A stretch of 64,000 nucleotides of DNA from Podarcis bocagei (taxonomy: Eukaryota): assembly GCA_964188305.1 (NCBI GenBank), contig OZ076900.1, one strand, 5' to 3'. Shown in pieces: positions 18,201-30,700 of the stretch (positions are counted from its first letter, which is position 1; every line of letters starts with the position of its first letter). The notes beneath the pieces are model-generated. The model had not been told where the DNA came from and ran no database searches. It saw only the letters and a list, made by a program, of their open reading frames with translations. The position numbers were made by a program, and so were the translations under genes.

Positions 18201-19892
18201 ATTTGGGACTACAACTCCCATCAGCTCTAGCCAACAAGGTCGTTGTCATCCAAAAGATCTGAAATGCACCTTCTTGGCAAAGACTGTCTTCTCTCTGTCC
18301 CATCAATACCAGAAGCCCATTAGGTGGTGACAGGAGAGAGAGCCCCTTCTGTGGCTGCTAGATAGGATTCCCTCCCAAGAGAGGTTAGATGAGCTTGTTA
18401 TCCTTCCACCAGCAGGCTAAGGCCTCCCTGTTCAGACAGGCCGTTGGGAACTTAAGGTACAGGCGATGCTGACTACTGGGCTGCTGTCAAGACAAACAGG
18501 ATTTCAATTACTGGTTCCAAATGTGTTCCGATGTATTTTAAACTATTGTTGCTAACTAGTTTGTTTTTATTACTTTGTATTTTATAATGCTGCTTCAAAA
18601 TGTTGAATCCCAACTTGGGAGAAAGGTGGGATATAAATATAATAGGCAAATGAATAAATAATGCATAGTAATATACAGGATAGCACCCTCATCCCCTGGC
18701 ACACCAGATTTCTGCAACCTGATGTACAGTCATGTTCTTTTGAGGATAACGAGAATTGTTCTTTAAACCATCTGGAGGGCACTAGGGTTGGGGGAGGTTG
18801 ATGTGCACAACATTTAAAAAAATTAGTTCTTTACTGAGGTTTGCATATTTCAAAAGAAAGAGCCACAACACAATCATAAGGTAATACTACCAATAAATAA
18901 ATTACCAGTCGCCACCCCCTACAGCGATAAACAAGATCCATACCCCACACTACAATTCAAAATGTACAGTAAGTGTGGTGTTAAGAGTGCTGGACTAGGG
19001 GTCTGGGAAACAAAATTCCAAGTCTGCACTTAGCCATGATGCTTACCGGGTGTCCTAGAGTCAGCCCCTTCACTCTCAGCCTAACCTACCTCACAGGGTT
19101 GTTTTGAGCATAAAGCGGGAAGAAAGAGAACTATAAGGGCCACCTTGAGCAGCTTTGAATTAAAGATGGGCTATAAAATAAACATGGCAATACAATTAAT
19201 ATAAAAACCTGTCAAAAGCAGCATTAGAACATTGTAGGTGTTGTCTTCCCCCTTTTATTGGATTTCTCTTTACAAAACACAATACTGTAATTCTTTCGTT
19301 CATTTTTTAAGTATTTACTTATGCATTTTCATTAGTACAGTAATGCAATAATTCTCACTGATGCGTGCAGACCATTTGACAGGGCTGCAGGAGATCAGGG
19401 CCCTGCCTCGCGGAGCCTACGGTCTAAAATTCAACCTAGGAAAGCAACAGCAGAAATGAATGGCGGCGTGTAAGAAATCCGCTATAAAATCGGAGGCAGG
19501 AGTAAATATCGGAGGCAGAATCTTGTAAAGGAAGGGCTATTAATAATTTAAGCCTCTGGCCGCAAGCAGAGTTTGACTGCATATTGCATGTCATCTCCCG
19601 CAAATTAATACTCCCTTTGCAAGGCTATTCCCCTCTGCTGGGGAGCACAGGCGAGAGAGCTCCCTGATCGATGGCTGCCCATTCCAGGTAGGCTGAAGCG
19701 GATTTAGGGGGCCCACGCCTCAGTTCAGCACCGATCTCCCCGCGCCCTGTTTCTCTTTGCACGTCAACTCCCTCAAACTGCATCCCACGTGCACTGATGC
19801 CCCGCCTCGAGAACGCACCAGTTGCCTTCCTCCGGGTTTCCTCCCGGCTTCAGCTCCAGCAGCGCCGTCCGCGAGCCCGGCTCCGGCCCCAT
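12208..19892 (-). CDS. RABEPK: Rab9 effector protein with kelch motifs (p40), 365 aa, 7 coding exons
   Basis: Exons 19892-19819, 17530-17370, 16232-16080, 15119-14958, 14713-14564, 13874-13725, 12455-12208 (1098 nt, GT-AG, frame intact). Kelch repeats PGDSPCARVG, LLPRYEHA..WVFGGA, PPSPRTYHTSS..LYVFGGG, PPAPRHGH..LYIHGGLAG, AAHSAV..LYIFGGM. Adjacent to HSPA5 as in mammals. Confidence 0.95.
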
Positions 19893-20040
19893 GGATGCAG
19901 GCCGAGGGAGAGGGGTGAGATAAAACAAACCGACGCCCCGCCCCCGGGTCCGTTGCTAGACGACCAGCAGCTCCGCCCTCAGCGTGGCTACTGTGCAAGC
20001 GGACAGCGCTTCACGGTAAAACCACCCCGCTGCTGCACAC
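19690..20040 (-). promoter_or_regulatory. RABEPK: CpG-island promoter and first exon of RABEPK
   Basis: GC/CpG-rich stretch with a GC box surrounding the ATG at 19892. Confidence 0.7.
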
Positions 20041-20562
20041 TTCTAAAATTGCATATTCTTTCTCCTCAGTTCATTCTAAGGTGCAGCATACTTTTCTCCC
20101 CGCTTATTTTTTTTTTTAAGAAAGAGGGCCACGTGAGATCGTTTCCGAGCATGTGCAGATCTCTTCCTATTTCATCACACACGGTTACTTCCGCTTGCTT
20201 CAGATATGTGGGATTGCTGGTGGCCAGACGGCTATTAATTTGTTTATAAGGTGTATCATGTATACTTATATAAAATATTTCTTATTTATATCTGTTTATT
20301 CAAAATGTCTTACAAGGAGTTGCATCCAGCTGAGAGTAGGCCTACTGAAATCAATGGGCATGTCCATTAATTACAATGGGTCTATGCTCTGTGTATGCCT
20401 AACATTAGATACAGACCAACATTTTTTACCTGCCCTCCACCATGTGGTCCCTATGTGGGTTACACAACAACTGCTTAATAAATATAAAATTACAACAAAA
20501 ACAACAGGATTCCAGACAAAAGCAGCACAAATACAGATTAATCCAAAGAGAGGAGTCAACTA

Positions 20563-20788
20563 CAGTGGTACCTCGGGTTAAGAACTTAATTTGTTCTGGA
20601 GGTCCGTTCTTAACCTGAAACTGTTCTTAACCTGAAACACCACTTTAGCTAATGGGGCCTCCCGCTGCTGCTGCACCGCTCCCCTGCAATTTCTGTTCTC
20701 ATCCTGAAGCAAAGTTCTTAACCTGAGGTAATATTTCTGGGTTAGCGGAGTCTGTAACCTGAAGCGTCTGTAACCCGAGGTACCACTG
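20563..20788. mobile_element. Tigger-like MITE
   Basis: TA|CAGTGGTACCTCGGGTTA ... TAACCCGAGGTACCACTG|TA. Confidence 0.88.
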
Positions 20789-21030
20789 TAAAAGATACTT
20801 TAATGACTGCAGTTTCTGGATGAAACATGAGGGAAGCCCCATATAGAGTGCATTATAGTTATCTGGTCTTGACAGAATTGGTTGACAGCTCTCAGGATCT
20901 ATTGGGTTACAAATGATTTGTGGCACATCAGCCACCAACCCTTGTTTAAAAATATTTGTTTCTTTCATCCAGTTAGTCCTCTTTGCTGCAGTCTAGGAAA
21001 AGCCTCACTTTTTCCTCTCAGCACCTATAA

Positions 21031-22753
21031 CACGGGTGTCAAACACAAGGCCCGCGGGCCGAATCCGGCCCGCCAGACCTCCTCATGTGGCCCGCGTAGC
21101 CGCCGTTCTCGCCCGTCCAGTGCACCATCGCCTGGTTGTGCGCCGCGTCGCCTTTCAGCACGAAGGAGGTGGTGAGCAGAGAGGCCGCCTCCGGAGGTCC
21201 CCCACCGGCGCGACCCCGCAGGCCGCCCGCCTCGTCCCACGGGCTGCCGCGTCTCTGGCAGGGGGGGGAGGCTTCGCAAGGCTAAAGAGGAAGCCAGGGC
21301 AGCGAGCGCGATCCATCCCGTTCGCTGCTCTGGCTTCCTCTTTAGACTTGCGCGCCTCTCCGGGGGGGGGGGGGGGAGGCTTCGCAAGGCTAAAGAGGAA
21401 GCCAGGGCAGCGAGTGCGATCCATCCCCGTTCGCTGCCTTGGCTTCCTCTTTAGCCTTGCACGCCTGGGGGGGGGGGGAGGAGGAGGCTTCGCAAGGCTA
21501 AAGAGGAAGCCAGGGCAGGGAACGCGATCCATCCCGTTCGCTGCCCTGGCTTCCTCTTTAGACTTGCGCGCCTCTCCAGCGGGGGGGGGGGGGGAGGAGG
21601 CTTCGCAAGGCTAAAGAGGGAGCCAGGGCAGGGAACGTGATCCATCCCACTGCCCTGGCTTCCTCTTTAGCCTTGCGTGCCTCTCCAGCCGCAAGAGATC
21701 TACCAGAGGTAGATCTTAACCCTTGCCTCACCTGGGAGCTTCTCTGGGCAGGAATTCCCTTAGCTTAAGTGGGGTGGGGGAAGTGTGGCAGGTAGGGGGG
21801 TACCTGCCTAGACACTGAAGCCACATGTCTCTCAGATGAAAATTGGGAGTGGGCATTGTGTGAAGTGGTCTGATGGTGGGCATTGTGTGAAGTGCTCGGA
21901 TGGTGTGGGCATTGTATGAAGTGCTCTGATAGTGTTTCCTACTTGGCAGGGGGTTGGACTTGATGACACTTGTGGTCTATTCCAACTCTATGATTCTATG
22001 ATTCTAAGTGGCTGTGGATCTCCTGCTGCAGAACTGTAGGACTGTATAGAGTTGGGAGGGCCACCCGAGGGTCATCTAGCCCAGCCCCCTCACAATGTAG
22101 GAATCACAGCTAAAGAACGCCAGACAGATGGTCCCCCAACCGCTGCTTAAAAGCCTCCAGTGGTGGAGACCCCAAACACCTTCTGAGGTCATAGAATTGC
22201 AGGGTTGGAAGGGAACCCCAGGAGTCATCTAGTCCAGCCCCGGTGGACAGCGGGCGCAATCCATCCCGTTGCGCAAGACTAAAGATGCTGCGCAAGGCTA
22301 AAGAGGAAGCCAGGGCAGTGAGTGGGATGGATCGCACTCACTGCCTTGTCTTCTTTAGCCGCGCTGGAGAGGTTTAGCTCCTGGCTGGAGAGGTTGCGCG
22401 GCTATGGATCCTGTGCGCTGTCTTCGCTTCTTTGCTCTTTGGGGCTGGTGGGGGAACCCGGGCTTCCCCCGCAGCCCCGAGAAGCTCTGGGAGAAGCAGA
22501 CAGGCTGCACGCAGCCTGTCCGTTGCTCTTTGGGGCTGGGGGGGAGGGATAATATTTTTTTCCTTGATTTTCCCCTGTAAAAACTAGGTGCGTCCTGTGG
22601 TCCGGTGCGTCCAATAGAGCGAAAAATACGGTAAAAGCCCATCAACTTCAGGGGTCTCAGCCTGCTCAAATATTTTAGGCCGATACAACCGGCCCTTTGA
22701 GGGTGACCAAACTGCTGGTGCGGCCCCCGATGAATTTGAGTTTGACACCCCTG
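21031..22753. mobile_element. Composite non-autonomous hAT element, 1.72 kb
   Basis: TIRs CACGGGTGTCAAAC / GTTTGACACCCCTG and perfect 8-bp TSD ACCTATAA (21023-21030, 22754-22761). Contains a hairpin array, CR1 3'-end fragments and one Tc2-like end. Confidence 0.88.
21261..21690. repeat. Four tandem ~110-bp hairpin units separated by poly-G
   Basis: Units start at about 21268, 21376, 21484 and 21597. Each is GCAAGGCTAAAGAGGAAGCCAGGGCAG - loop - CTGCCCTGGCTTCCTCTTTAGCCTTGC, with a few mismatches. Confidence 0.9.
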
Positions 22754-22894
22754 ACCTATAAGTTAGTTTAGCCCATCCTCAGATATGATTAATCTGTGGC
22801 ATAGCCAGTTCTGGAACACTGCACTTACAAAAAGAAATAACAAAAAAGATTTGAAGAATAGGAACACCAGTTGCCAAGAACAGTTTTATTTCAT

Positions 22895-23440
22895 ATCTTA
22901 TTCTTTGGCGATCACTTGTAGCTGAGTAAGATAGTTTTCCATGAACATGATTTTAACAGTGAGTCCGTAAGTGACTATGGAGGCCAATTCTGGATCCACA
23001 CATTCTTCCACAGTGGGGACATAGGTTTCCGGGCGGGAGTTGATCACAGTGAGGGTTTGCCAAGCATTCCTTCCTCTTAGCACGTTTCTCCCTTTCATCC
23101 TGAGTCTGAGTCTCTTCAAAGCCCATGACACCTTTGGTAAAGGCTGTTCTCCAATTGCAGCACTTGCAGGCTAGTGTTTCCCAGTTGTTGGTGTCTATAC
23201 TACATTTTTAAAGATTTGCCTTGAGAGAGTCTTTAAAACTTTTTTGTTGACCACCAGCATTCCTCTTTCCATTTTAAAGTTCAGAATAGAGTAGTTGCTT
23301 TGGAAGACGATAATCAGGCATCAGAACAACATGAGCTGTCCAACGAAGTTGATGCTGAAGAATCATTGCTTCGGCACTGGTGCTCTTTGCTTCTTCCACT
23401 ACACTGGCATTAGTTCACCTGCCTTCCCAAGTGATGTGTA
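22895..23440 (-). mobile_element. RTE-clade LINE 3' fragment
   Basis: Decayed minus-strand translation ..QLRWTAHVVLMPDYRLPKQLLYSEL..GKRNAGGQ..FKDSLKANL..CPHCGRMCGSRIGLHSHLRTH (C-terminal C2H2 finger). Confidence 0.8.
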
Positions 23441-23999
23441 GTTCCTCCCCGGACACAGGGTTGATGGAATCTTTCAAGGAGTTGGAGGTGGCGTTTCTAA
23501 GTGGTCCATGTTTCACAAGCATACAGTAAGGTTGGTAGTACTGTAGCTTTGTAAACAAGCATTTTGGTTTCCCTGCAAATTTCCCAGTCCTCAAACACTG
23601 CACTTCAATCAGTAGAAAGCTGGACTCGCAGAGCTCAAGCGATGCTGGATTTCGGCATCTATGTTGGCTCTTATAAGGGATAACTGCCCATATACACCCC
23701 AGAGAAAACATGACTGGAACCTGCTCACAACACACATGTAACCCTGTGGAGGTTATTACCTGGTGTAAACTGCATTTTATGTACAATATTCATATATGCA
23801 CACAAACACATACATACTGCAGATCTCATTTAACTAATGAGGCACATTTTTATATAATTGGACTGATGAAATGTGAATCAACTTTTAGATGAATTTGCAT
23901 GTGTCTCCTGTATTGTGTTCTTGTATTCTGGTTTTTTATAAATATAACAAAGAATTGCTGGGCGGGGGAGGTAAACAAAGGCAAAAGAGCATCGTCTGG

Positions 24000-24750
24000 C
24001 ACCCACTTTACATCCCGACCTCCCTGTGGCGTTGAGCTATTGGTTTTGCGCCAGACTACGAATCCCAGAATGCAATGGGGTTGGGATTCACCTCAGAGCG
24101 CTGTAGGAGGCAGAAGCCGGTAGTCGTCTTCAATCTTATCGGAAATCAGTCTCCCGACGTCGAGTTTCGAACCTCCAGCGGAAGTGGGTCCCCTCGTTTC
24201 CGGCCTGGCTTCCCTCCCGCCGTGGGAGGGGAGGGAGCGAGAGGAAGAGAGAAGGAGGCGTTCTTGCGTCCTCCTTACTTTTTGCTTTCGCTTATTTATT
24301 TATTTATTTTAAGGGACATTCGCCCTTTTTCATCCGGAAATTCGAGGGAGTGGGTTTCCCGCTTCACCATCAGGAATTGCCGTGTCCTCGCTTCCAGTCC
24401 TTTCTCTCTTCTTACCTCGCACCCTCCTCCTCCTCCTCCTCTTCTCCTCTCTCTTTCTCTCTTTCCCCCCTCTTTTCCTACCTCCCACCTTCTCCCCCGA
24501 GAAAGCTGCCCTCCCAAAATGGCGCCTTTGGACTTGGACAAGTATGTGGAGATTGCGCGGCTTTGCAAGTACCTGCCCGAGAACGACCTCAAGGTAAGAG
24601 GAGGAGGGGAGGTTGGGTCTTAGGAGGGGCAGGGGGCGAGTGGGGACCCCTTCCCCCCTCTCTTTCCACGTAGGGCTCTCCTTGAGTTTCCGCTTTCACG
24701 GAAGCCGCCCCAGCGCGTAGCGGCAACACGGGCACCCGCTGAAACGCTTT
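24000..24750 (+). promoter_or_regulatory. PPP6C: PPP6C CpG-island promoter
   Basis: ZNF143/THAP11-type motif ACTACGAATCCCAGAATGCA at 24055-24074, ETS cores (CGGAAG), YY1-type AAAATGGCG over the ATG, pyrimidine/(CCT)n-rich 5' leader. Confidence 0.75.
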
Positions 24751-27700
24751 AATCAGTGGTCCCCCAATTAGCTAATTACTGGGCACCCCTATTTTTTAAA
24801 AGCCAAGCCATGGACCCCCTACTTTTGAATCCCTAATAAGCAAATCATTTTAGGGATACTTAAAAATAACCGTAAAATTTGTAATATTACAACAAAAAAT
24901 GGCAAAGACTTAATTGTGGGGGGGGGGAGACAAATTTAATTTTATTCATGTATAGTACAAGTAAACAAATTATGACATGTCTAGCAGCTATTAAACCTTA
25001 ATTTTATTTATTTGTTTGCTTGCTTGCTTCCTTGCCGCTCATCTGGCTTGGTTGCCCCAGCCACTTGGGGCAGCTCCCAATAAAACACTAAACCTAAATG
25101 TGATGGAAGAAATCATGTCTTTTTTTGCCCCCCCTCCCAATTTCCTTCCACGTTCAGTTCAATATTGCCCACTTTTATTCTCAAATCTGGTTCAAAATCA
25201 AGCCAACTTCTAGATATTTCAAAGCTTTTTCAACTAACTTCTTACTGGTCCAGTCTACATTCTTTGAAAAATGATTGTAATGAATCATCACTAATCACGT
25301 CAACAAGTGCATCTTGCTCTTCTGCTGATACAGCTTAGGACTTGCCGATCAGAAGGTCGGTGGTTCAAATCCCCGCTACGGAGTGAGCTCCCGTTGCTCG
25401 GTCCCTGCTCCTGCCAACCTAGCAGTTCAAAAGTACGTCAAAGTGCAAGTAGATATATAGGTACAGCTCCGGCAGGAAGGTAAATGGCGTTTCTGTGTGC
25501 TGCTCTGGTTCGCGAGAAGCAGCTTAGTCATGCTGGCCACATGACTTGGAAGCTGTATGCCAGATGAGCGCCGCAACCCCAGAGTCGGCCACAACTGGAC
25601 CTAATGGTCAGGGGTCCCTTTACCTATACTTGTAATGCCTAATAAAGATTTGGCGAAGAAGAAGTAGGTGTACATCACATTCAAAAGGATTCTATAGCCA
25701 TGAGTTTTCAGGATTTGATACAGAGAAGTAATCTCTGAAGCTAGTCACTAAATCATGCAGGTGCTCAGTGGTGTAATATTTACTTCTGGTATCAATTTTT
25801 CGTCAGTAGCCTCCAGAAATGTCTCCAGTGTTGGAATATTAGTGAGGTTACCCATCTTCTCAGCTTGCCCATAACCATAATTTTTAAATCATTGTCTCAA
25901 TCTTATCTTCAACGTAAAAAATATTCACATCACTACCTTGGAAGCTTGTGTTGAGAGTGTTTACGTGAAACCGTCTGCTAAGTAGTCTACCATACACAAC
26001 TGCGCAAAGTTGTTAAACTGATCACATGGAAATTTTGAGTCCGTCAGAAAAAGTCATACTGCATCATGTAATTCAGAGAATCGCTGTAAGTCTGGACCCT
26101 TCAAATGAGAGTCTTGTTTTATATAATCAGACATATCATATATGCTTCATTTCACAGTGTTGTTCAAAAGAGGTACAGTGGTACCTCGGTTTAAGAACAG
26201 TCCTGTTTACGAACAATGCGGTTTACAAAACTCCGCAAAACCGGAAGTGGTGTCCCGGTTTGCAAACTTTACCTCGGTCTAGGAATGAAATCTGAATGGT
26301 GGAAGGGCACCGGCGGCGGGAGGCCTCATTAGGGAAAGCGCGCCTCTGTTTAAGAACGGTTTTGGTTTAAGAACGGACTTCCTGAACGGATTAAGTTTGT
26401 AAACTGAGATACCACTGTACTGTGTTGATTTCCTTAGCTGCAGACTCACCAAGTACTCATTTGCATATAGCTGGCCCTATAGTATGAGCCTTTCCTGCTT
26501 TGGCAATGATTCTTGTCATATCATAAGAAGCTAAGGTTGATTCTCCTGAGTGGTCACACCAGAGTTTTTCCTATGGCTTTTTGCCCCTTCTTCAACTGCA
26601 AGTTTGATCTTGAAAAAAATCTATTGGTTTGTTTTTTGTAGTGGTTATGTTTTGTCTCCAAATGGCATTGAAGCGTAGCAGGCGTCATAGTTTCATTAGC
26701 CAGAAGATCGTCATCATTGTACTTACGGATTTTTGTTTTTTTCTGTGATTGAGATATGAGATATAACACTAGTAGACGCCCTGACACTAAGCATACTAGG
26801 AAGTATTCACAGAATTAACAGTACTAATGGGTGGCCCCACCTGATACTCTTTTGTTTCCTGCTCTGTAGTACTCCTTGGTCTTTACAAAGATCCCATCTT
26901 TTATCATGAATTTGTTTTTTACTGGTTGTTTTTCTGTAAAGGTTTATTCAGATGTATGTGACTTTAGAAAGACGCAAAGCTTAGTGGAGAGCAGTAAGGG
27001 GCTCTTGCTCCTTTCATCAATTGATAAAAGAATTTTGCAGCAGTTGAAGCCTTTATTTTCTCTGTGTAGAAAGTGTCACCAGTCAACATTACCTCTTCAA
27101 AAAAATTTCCTCTGTTGGGATTAGCTGAGAAGCTGCAAACTGTCCCCCTCCTCATCTTCAGAGTATCAAGGCAGTGACTGATAGGGATGTGTGGGTTCCT
27201 TTTTCTTTGAGTGGGAGTTTGGTGGCAGGTTGCCTGGCAGCCAACTCCAGGAAATGGGCTTGCAGTTAATATTGTGTTGTATGTTTGCTGCTTGGGATTA
27301 GGTTTTGTGTATGTGTGTGTTTTAAGTCTTTGCATGATCCCTCTGTGTTGGGTACTTTGAGTAGGGTGTATTTTTTCTTTCTTTCGTGATACCTTCTCTT
27401 ATCCACTTTACGGTAGCAAAAAAGCTATGCTAACATACAGTCATACCTCATGTTACGTTTGTTTCAGGTTGAACATTTTCAGGTTGCGTCCCGTGGCAAC
27501 CTGAAAGTACCGGAAAGGGTTACTTCCGGGTTTTGCCACGTGTGCAGACACGCAAAATGACGTCATGCTCAGAAGCGGCGAATCATGACCCGCGCACATT
27601 GTGAACCCTCATTGTGAAGCCATTGTTTTCGAGAGGTCAATTTATGTTTGATCTGCTGTTATCTTCCTTCTGCCACCTATTGAAATTTGACAGTTCTGAG

Positions 27701-30700
27701 AAAAGTAGATAAAATCTGGGATAACTGGCTCTTTCACAGATCAGAAGCCTTTAATTAACAGGAAATAAAATCACAGTTGGATTAACTGCTGAGATGTGTG
27801 ACCTAATTTCCTAGAGGAAGTAAGAGTTTCCACCAGGTAAACTGGAAGGACAGTTTTGTAGAGGATTTTTATTTACAAACTACAGTTGTCTAGATGGTTG
27901 GACAGTGTTCTCCAAGCTACTAACATGAGTTTGACCAAACTGCGGGAGGCAGTGGAAGACAGGAGTGCCTGGTGTGCGCTGGTCCATGGGGTCATGAAGT
28001 GTCGGACATGACTAAATGACGACAACAACACCACAGTTGTCTATAGACAGCTACTTAAAGTTCCTGTGGGTTAGTAACTTCAATGTACATAAAAAAAATT
28101 CCTTCCAGTAGCACCTTAAAGACCAACTAAGTTAGTTCTTGGTATGAGCTTTCGTGTGCATGCACACTTCAGATACACTGAAGATACAATGTACATGTTT
28201 ACAAAGCTGACCCTTTCACAAGTTTCTAGTTTGACATGTTCATAACCTTGTTAGCTGGCTATGTGCCATTGTGATGACCGTAATGCAGAGAAATCCTGTA
28301 TTAATGACCAAAATGCACTCTCTCTTTGTAGCGCTTGTGTGACTACGTCTGTGACCTTCTTCTAGAAGAATCTAATGTGCAGCCAGTGTCTACACCAGTT
28401 ACAGTCTGCGGTGACATACATGGACAGGTGGAGTTTTATATGGATTGTTCATTTGATGCTATACCCTCCAATAATAAAGGATTGACACTTGCATACAATC
28501 TTTTGCATTGTAAAAAAATGTGCAAGTATTCACTAGGGGGACATGGAAACAGCAATGCAACATAATATCCCTCCCTTTTTTATACCTTGAAAGAAAATGT
28601 TTTTGTTGTCATTTGTTCATAATGATAATACTATACATTCCACAAAATTCAGAAGTGACGGTTGGTTGAGTGTACTCAAGAGCAAAGTGTGTTAATTTTC
28701 TGGAAGAATGGGGACTCAGCTGCATAGCTGCAAATGAAATATTTTAAGTGTGTTGCAAAGACATTAGATGGCAATGGGTGAGCTATGGCAAATTCAATAT
28801 ATTTTTCAAAACTTTTTTTTAAAATGCATTTTCACAGCGTTTTTTTATACGTGTGTAGATTCCACCTGAGTCGACTCCTTGAATCATTTTCTGAATAACC
28901 AGGCTACATAGTTTCATTGGTTTTGGTTCTTGGCCTTTAGACTGCAGTTAATTGAACTGCTTAACATTAACAGGAGTATTATCCCTGAAGCCTCTAATAC
29001 AGAAGTAATTCTGTTCAAAGGTTATAGATATTGTGCCCAGAGGAAGCTTGCAGGATTAAATCAAAGGCTTCCTTTAGATCTGCACTCTTGCAGTAAAACC
29101 AATGGTGCTGCTTATGATTTGCATTGCAAGATTTAAAAAATAGAGAAACTTGCAGTGATGCCATGTTACAAAGTTATGGCAGCATTTCGTTGTGGGTGGT
29201 GCATTTGCAGTGCTTTAGAAGTGATAGTCTAGGTGTACTTTGCAAGAACTAAATGTTGGTCAAGAGGTTGGGCATGGTAGGGAGAGCATCACTTAGTGAT
29301 GCGTGGAATACTTATTTCCTCCCAATGCACCATTGAAACCATAAAACAAATATTTACATTAGTTTTTGAAAGGACTACCAAGGCCCATAATTGAACACAG
29401 AATATTTATGAGGAATAGTTCAGATGTTGTCTGCCTTGCACTGATTCAGCATCAAACAGTTTAGGTAAACCCCAGGATCTAGCTAGTAGTAGCATTTTAG
29501 CTGTTTGAATGTGGGATTCTAACACTTGAACATCCCCTAACACACCTATGTCTGTCCAGCCTGTGCCTTTTCTTCAGATGCCTTTAAGAGCCACCTGTTT
29601 TTTAAAAAACCGAAAGTTCATAACTTTTGGGGCGTTTTAAGTCATTTGGGTTTAACACAGAATGTTTTTTTTTAAAAAAAAATATTTTCAGAGTTTCAAA
29701 AAAACAATTTTTTTTACACACACACTTGTTTACATTAAACCGTAGTCCATATCAGTACCTTTATGGAGTTCCCTGAACCCCCTGATTTCCCCCCACCCCT
29801 CCCTTGGCTTCCAAAATTTATCTTCCTTTTTAAACTGCATCTAATTACATTTATCCAAATTATTATACTGTACTTCATTTTTATCCTTTGTCATTTTAAA
29901 TTACAGGTGCTATATCAATCCTGCTAGAGTTTTTACAATTTTTCCAGTGTTCTTTAATATACTGTATTCTATAAAGTTATGCCATTCTTTGTTGAATTTG
30001 TTATCCTCTTGGTTTATCACAGAATGTTAATGATACAAGCCTTCCCTCCTTTTGTTTTTGTGTTCCAGTTTTATGATTTATGTGAATTGTTCAGAACTGG
30101 AGGTCAGGTTCCTGACACAAACTATATATTTATGGTATGTACAAATTAAATTATAAAAATAACTAGCAGGTTTTTTAATGTAGTACATCCATGACTTGGT
30201 AAAGCAGGGGGCTCTGTGTATGTTTTAATTTGGGTCCTGTTTCCTTGCTTGCTGTGTCTTGTCTCTGCTTTTCTCTCTCTTTACCATCTCAGAAAATAAA
30301 AATCTTTTTAATGAAGGCTTGGATTGAAGTGCTTGATTGCTCACGTTCCTGAAATTTCAAACCTTTGCTCAGCGCTGTACAAAACTGGTAGAAATAGAAA
30401 ATGGTTCAAATTCTTTTCAGGGCAATGAGGAAGAGATTTGTTTGTTTGTGAGGGGGTATCTTATTATTATTGATGCAACTTTCATTATTGTGGGAATTCC
30501 TACTTTGCATGAATCAGTTACTTGAGATAGGTGAGGTTCTGAATCTGAACAGAACATTTGAAATGTATTTTATATGAGTAGAAGGGCAGAGGTTGTGGTT
30601 TTCTGCAAGTACAGTTTTTAACAGTCACAATCCTAGAACTTGTGAGGGGCCATAGCTCAGTGTTAGAGCACATGCTTAATACATCAAAGGTCCTGCATCA

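Larger units (their letters stand above)
24754..26800 (-). mobile_element. Decayed, internally deleted hAT-Charlie/Buster transposon in PPP6C intron 1
   Basis: Minus-strand remnants [56 protein letters not shown] and [25 protein letters not shown] end at 24754. Interrupted by a Sauria SINE and a MITE; far end uncertain. Confidence 0.7.

Noticed and set aside
21025-21645. Repetitive ORFs on both strands ([10 protein letters not shown] repeats)
   Set aside because: Translation of the hairpin minisatellite; no splice or start context.
21261-21690. CRISPR-like array
   Set aside because: Eukaryotic context, no cas genes, and the intervening loops are near-identical rather than unique spacers.
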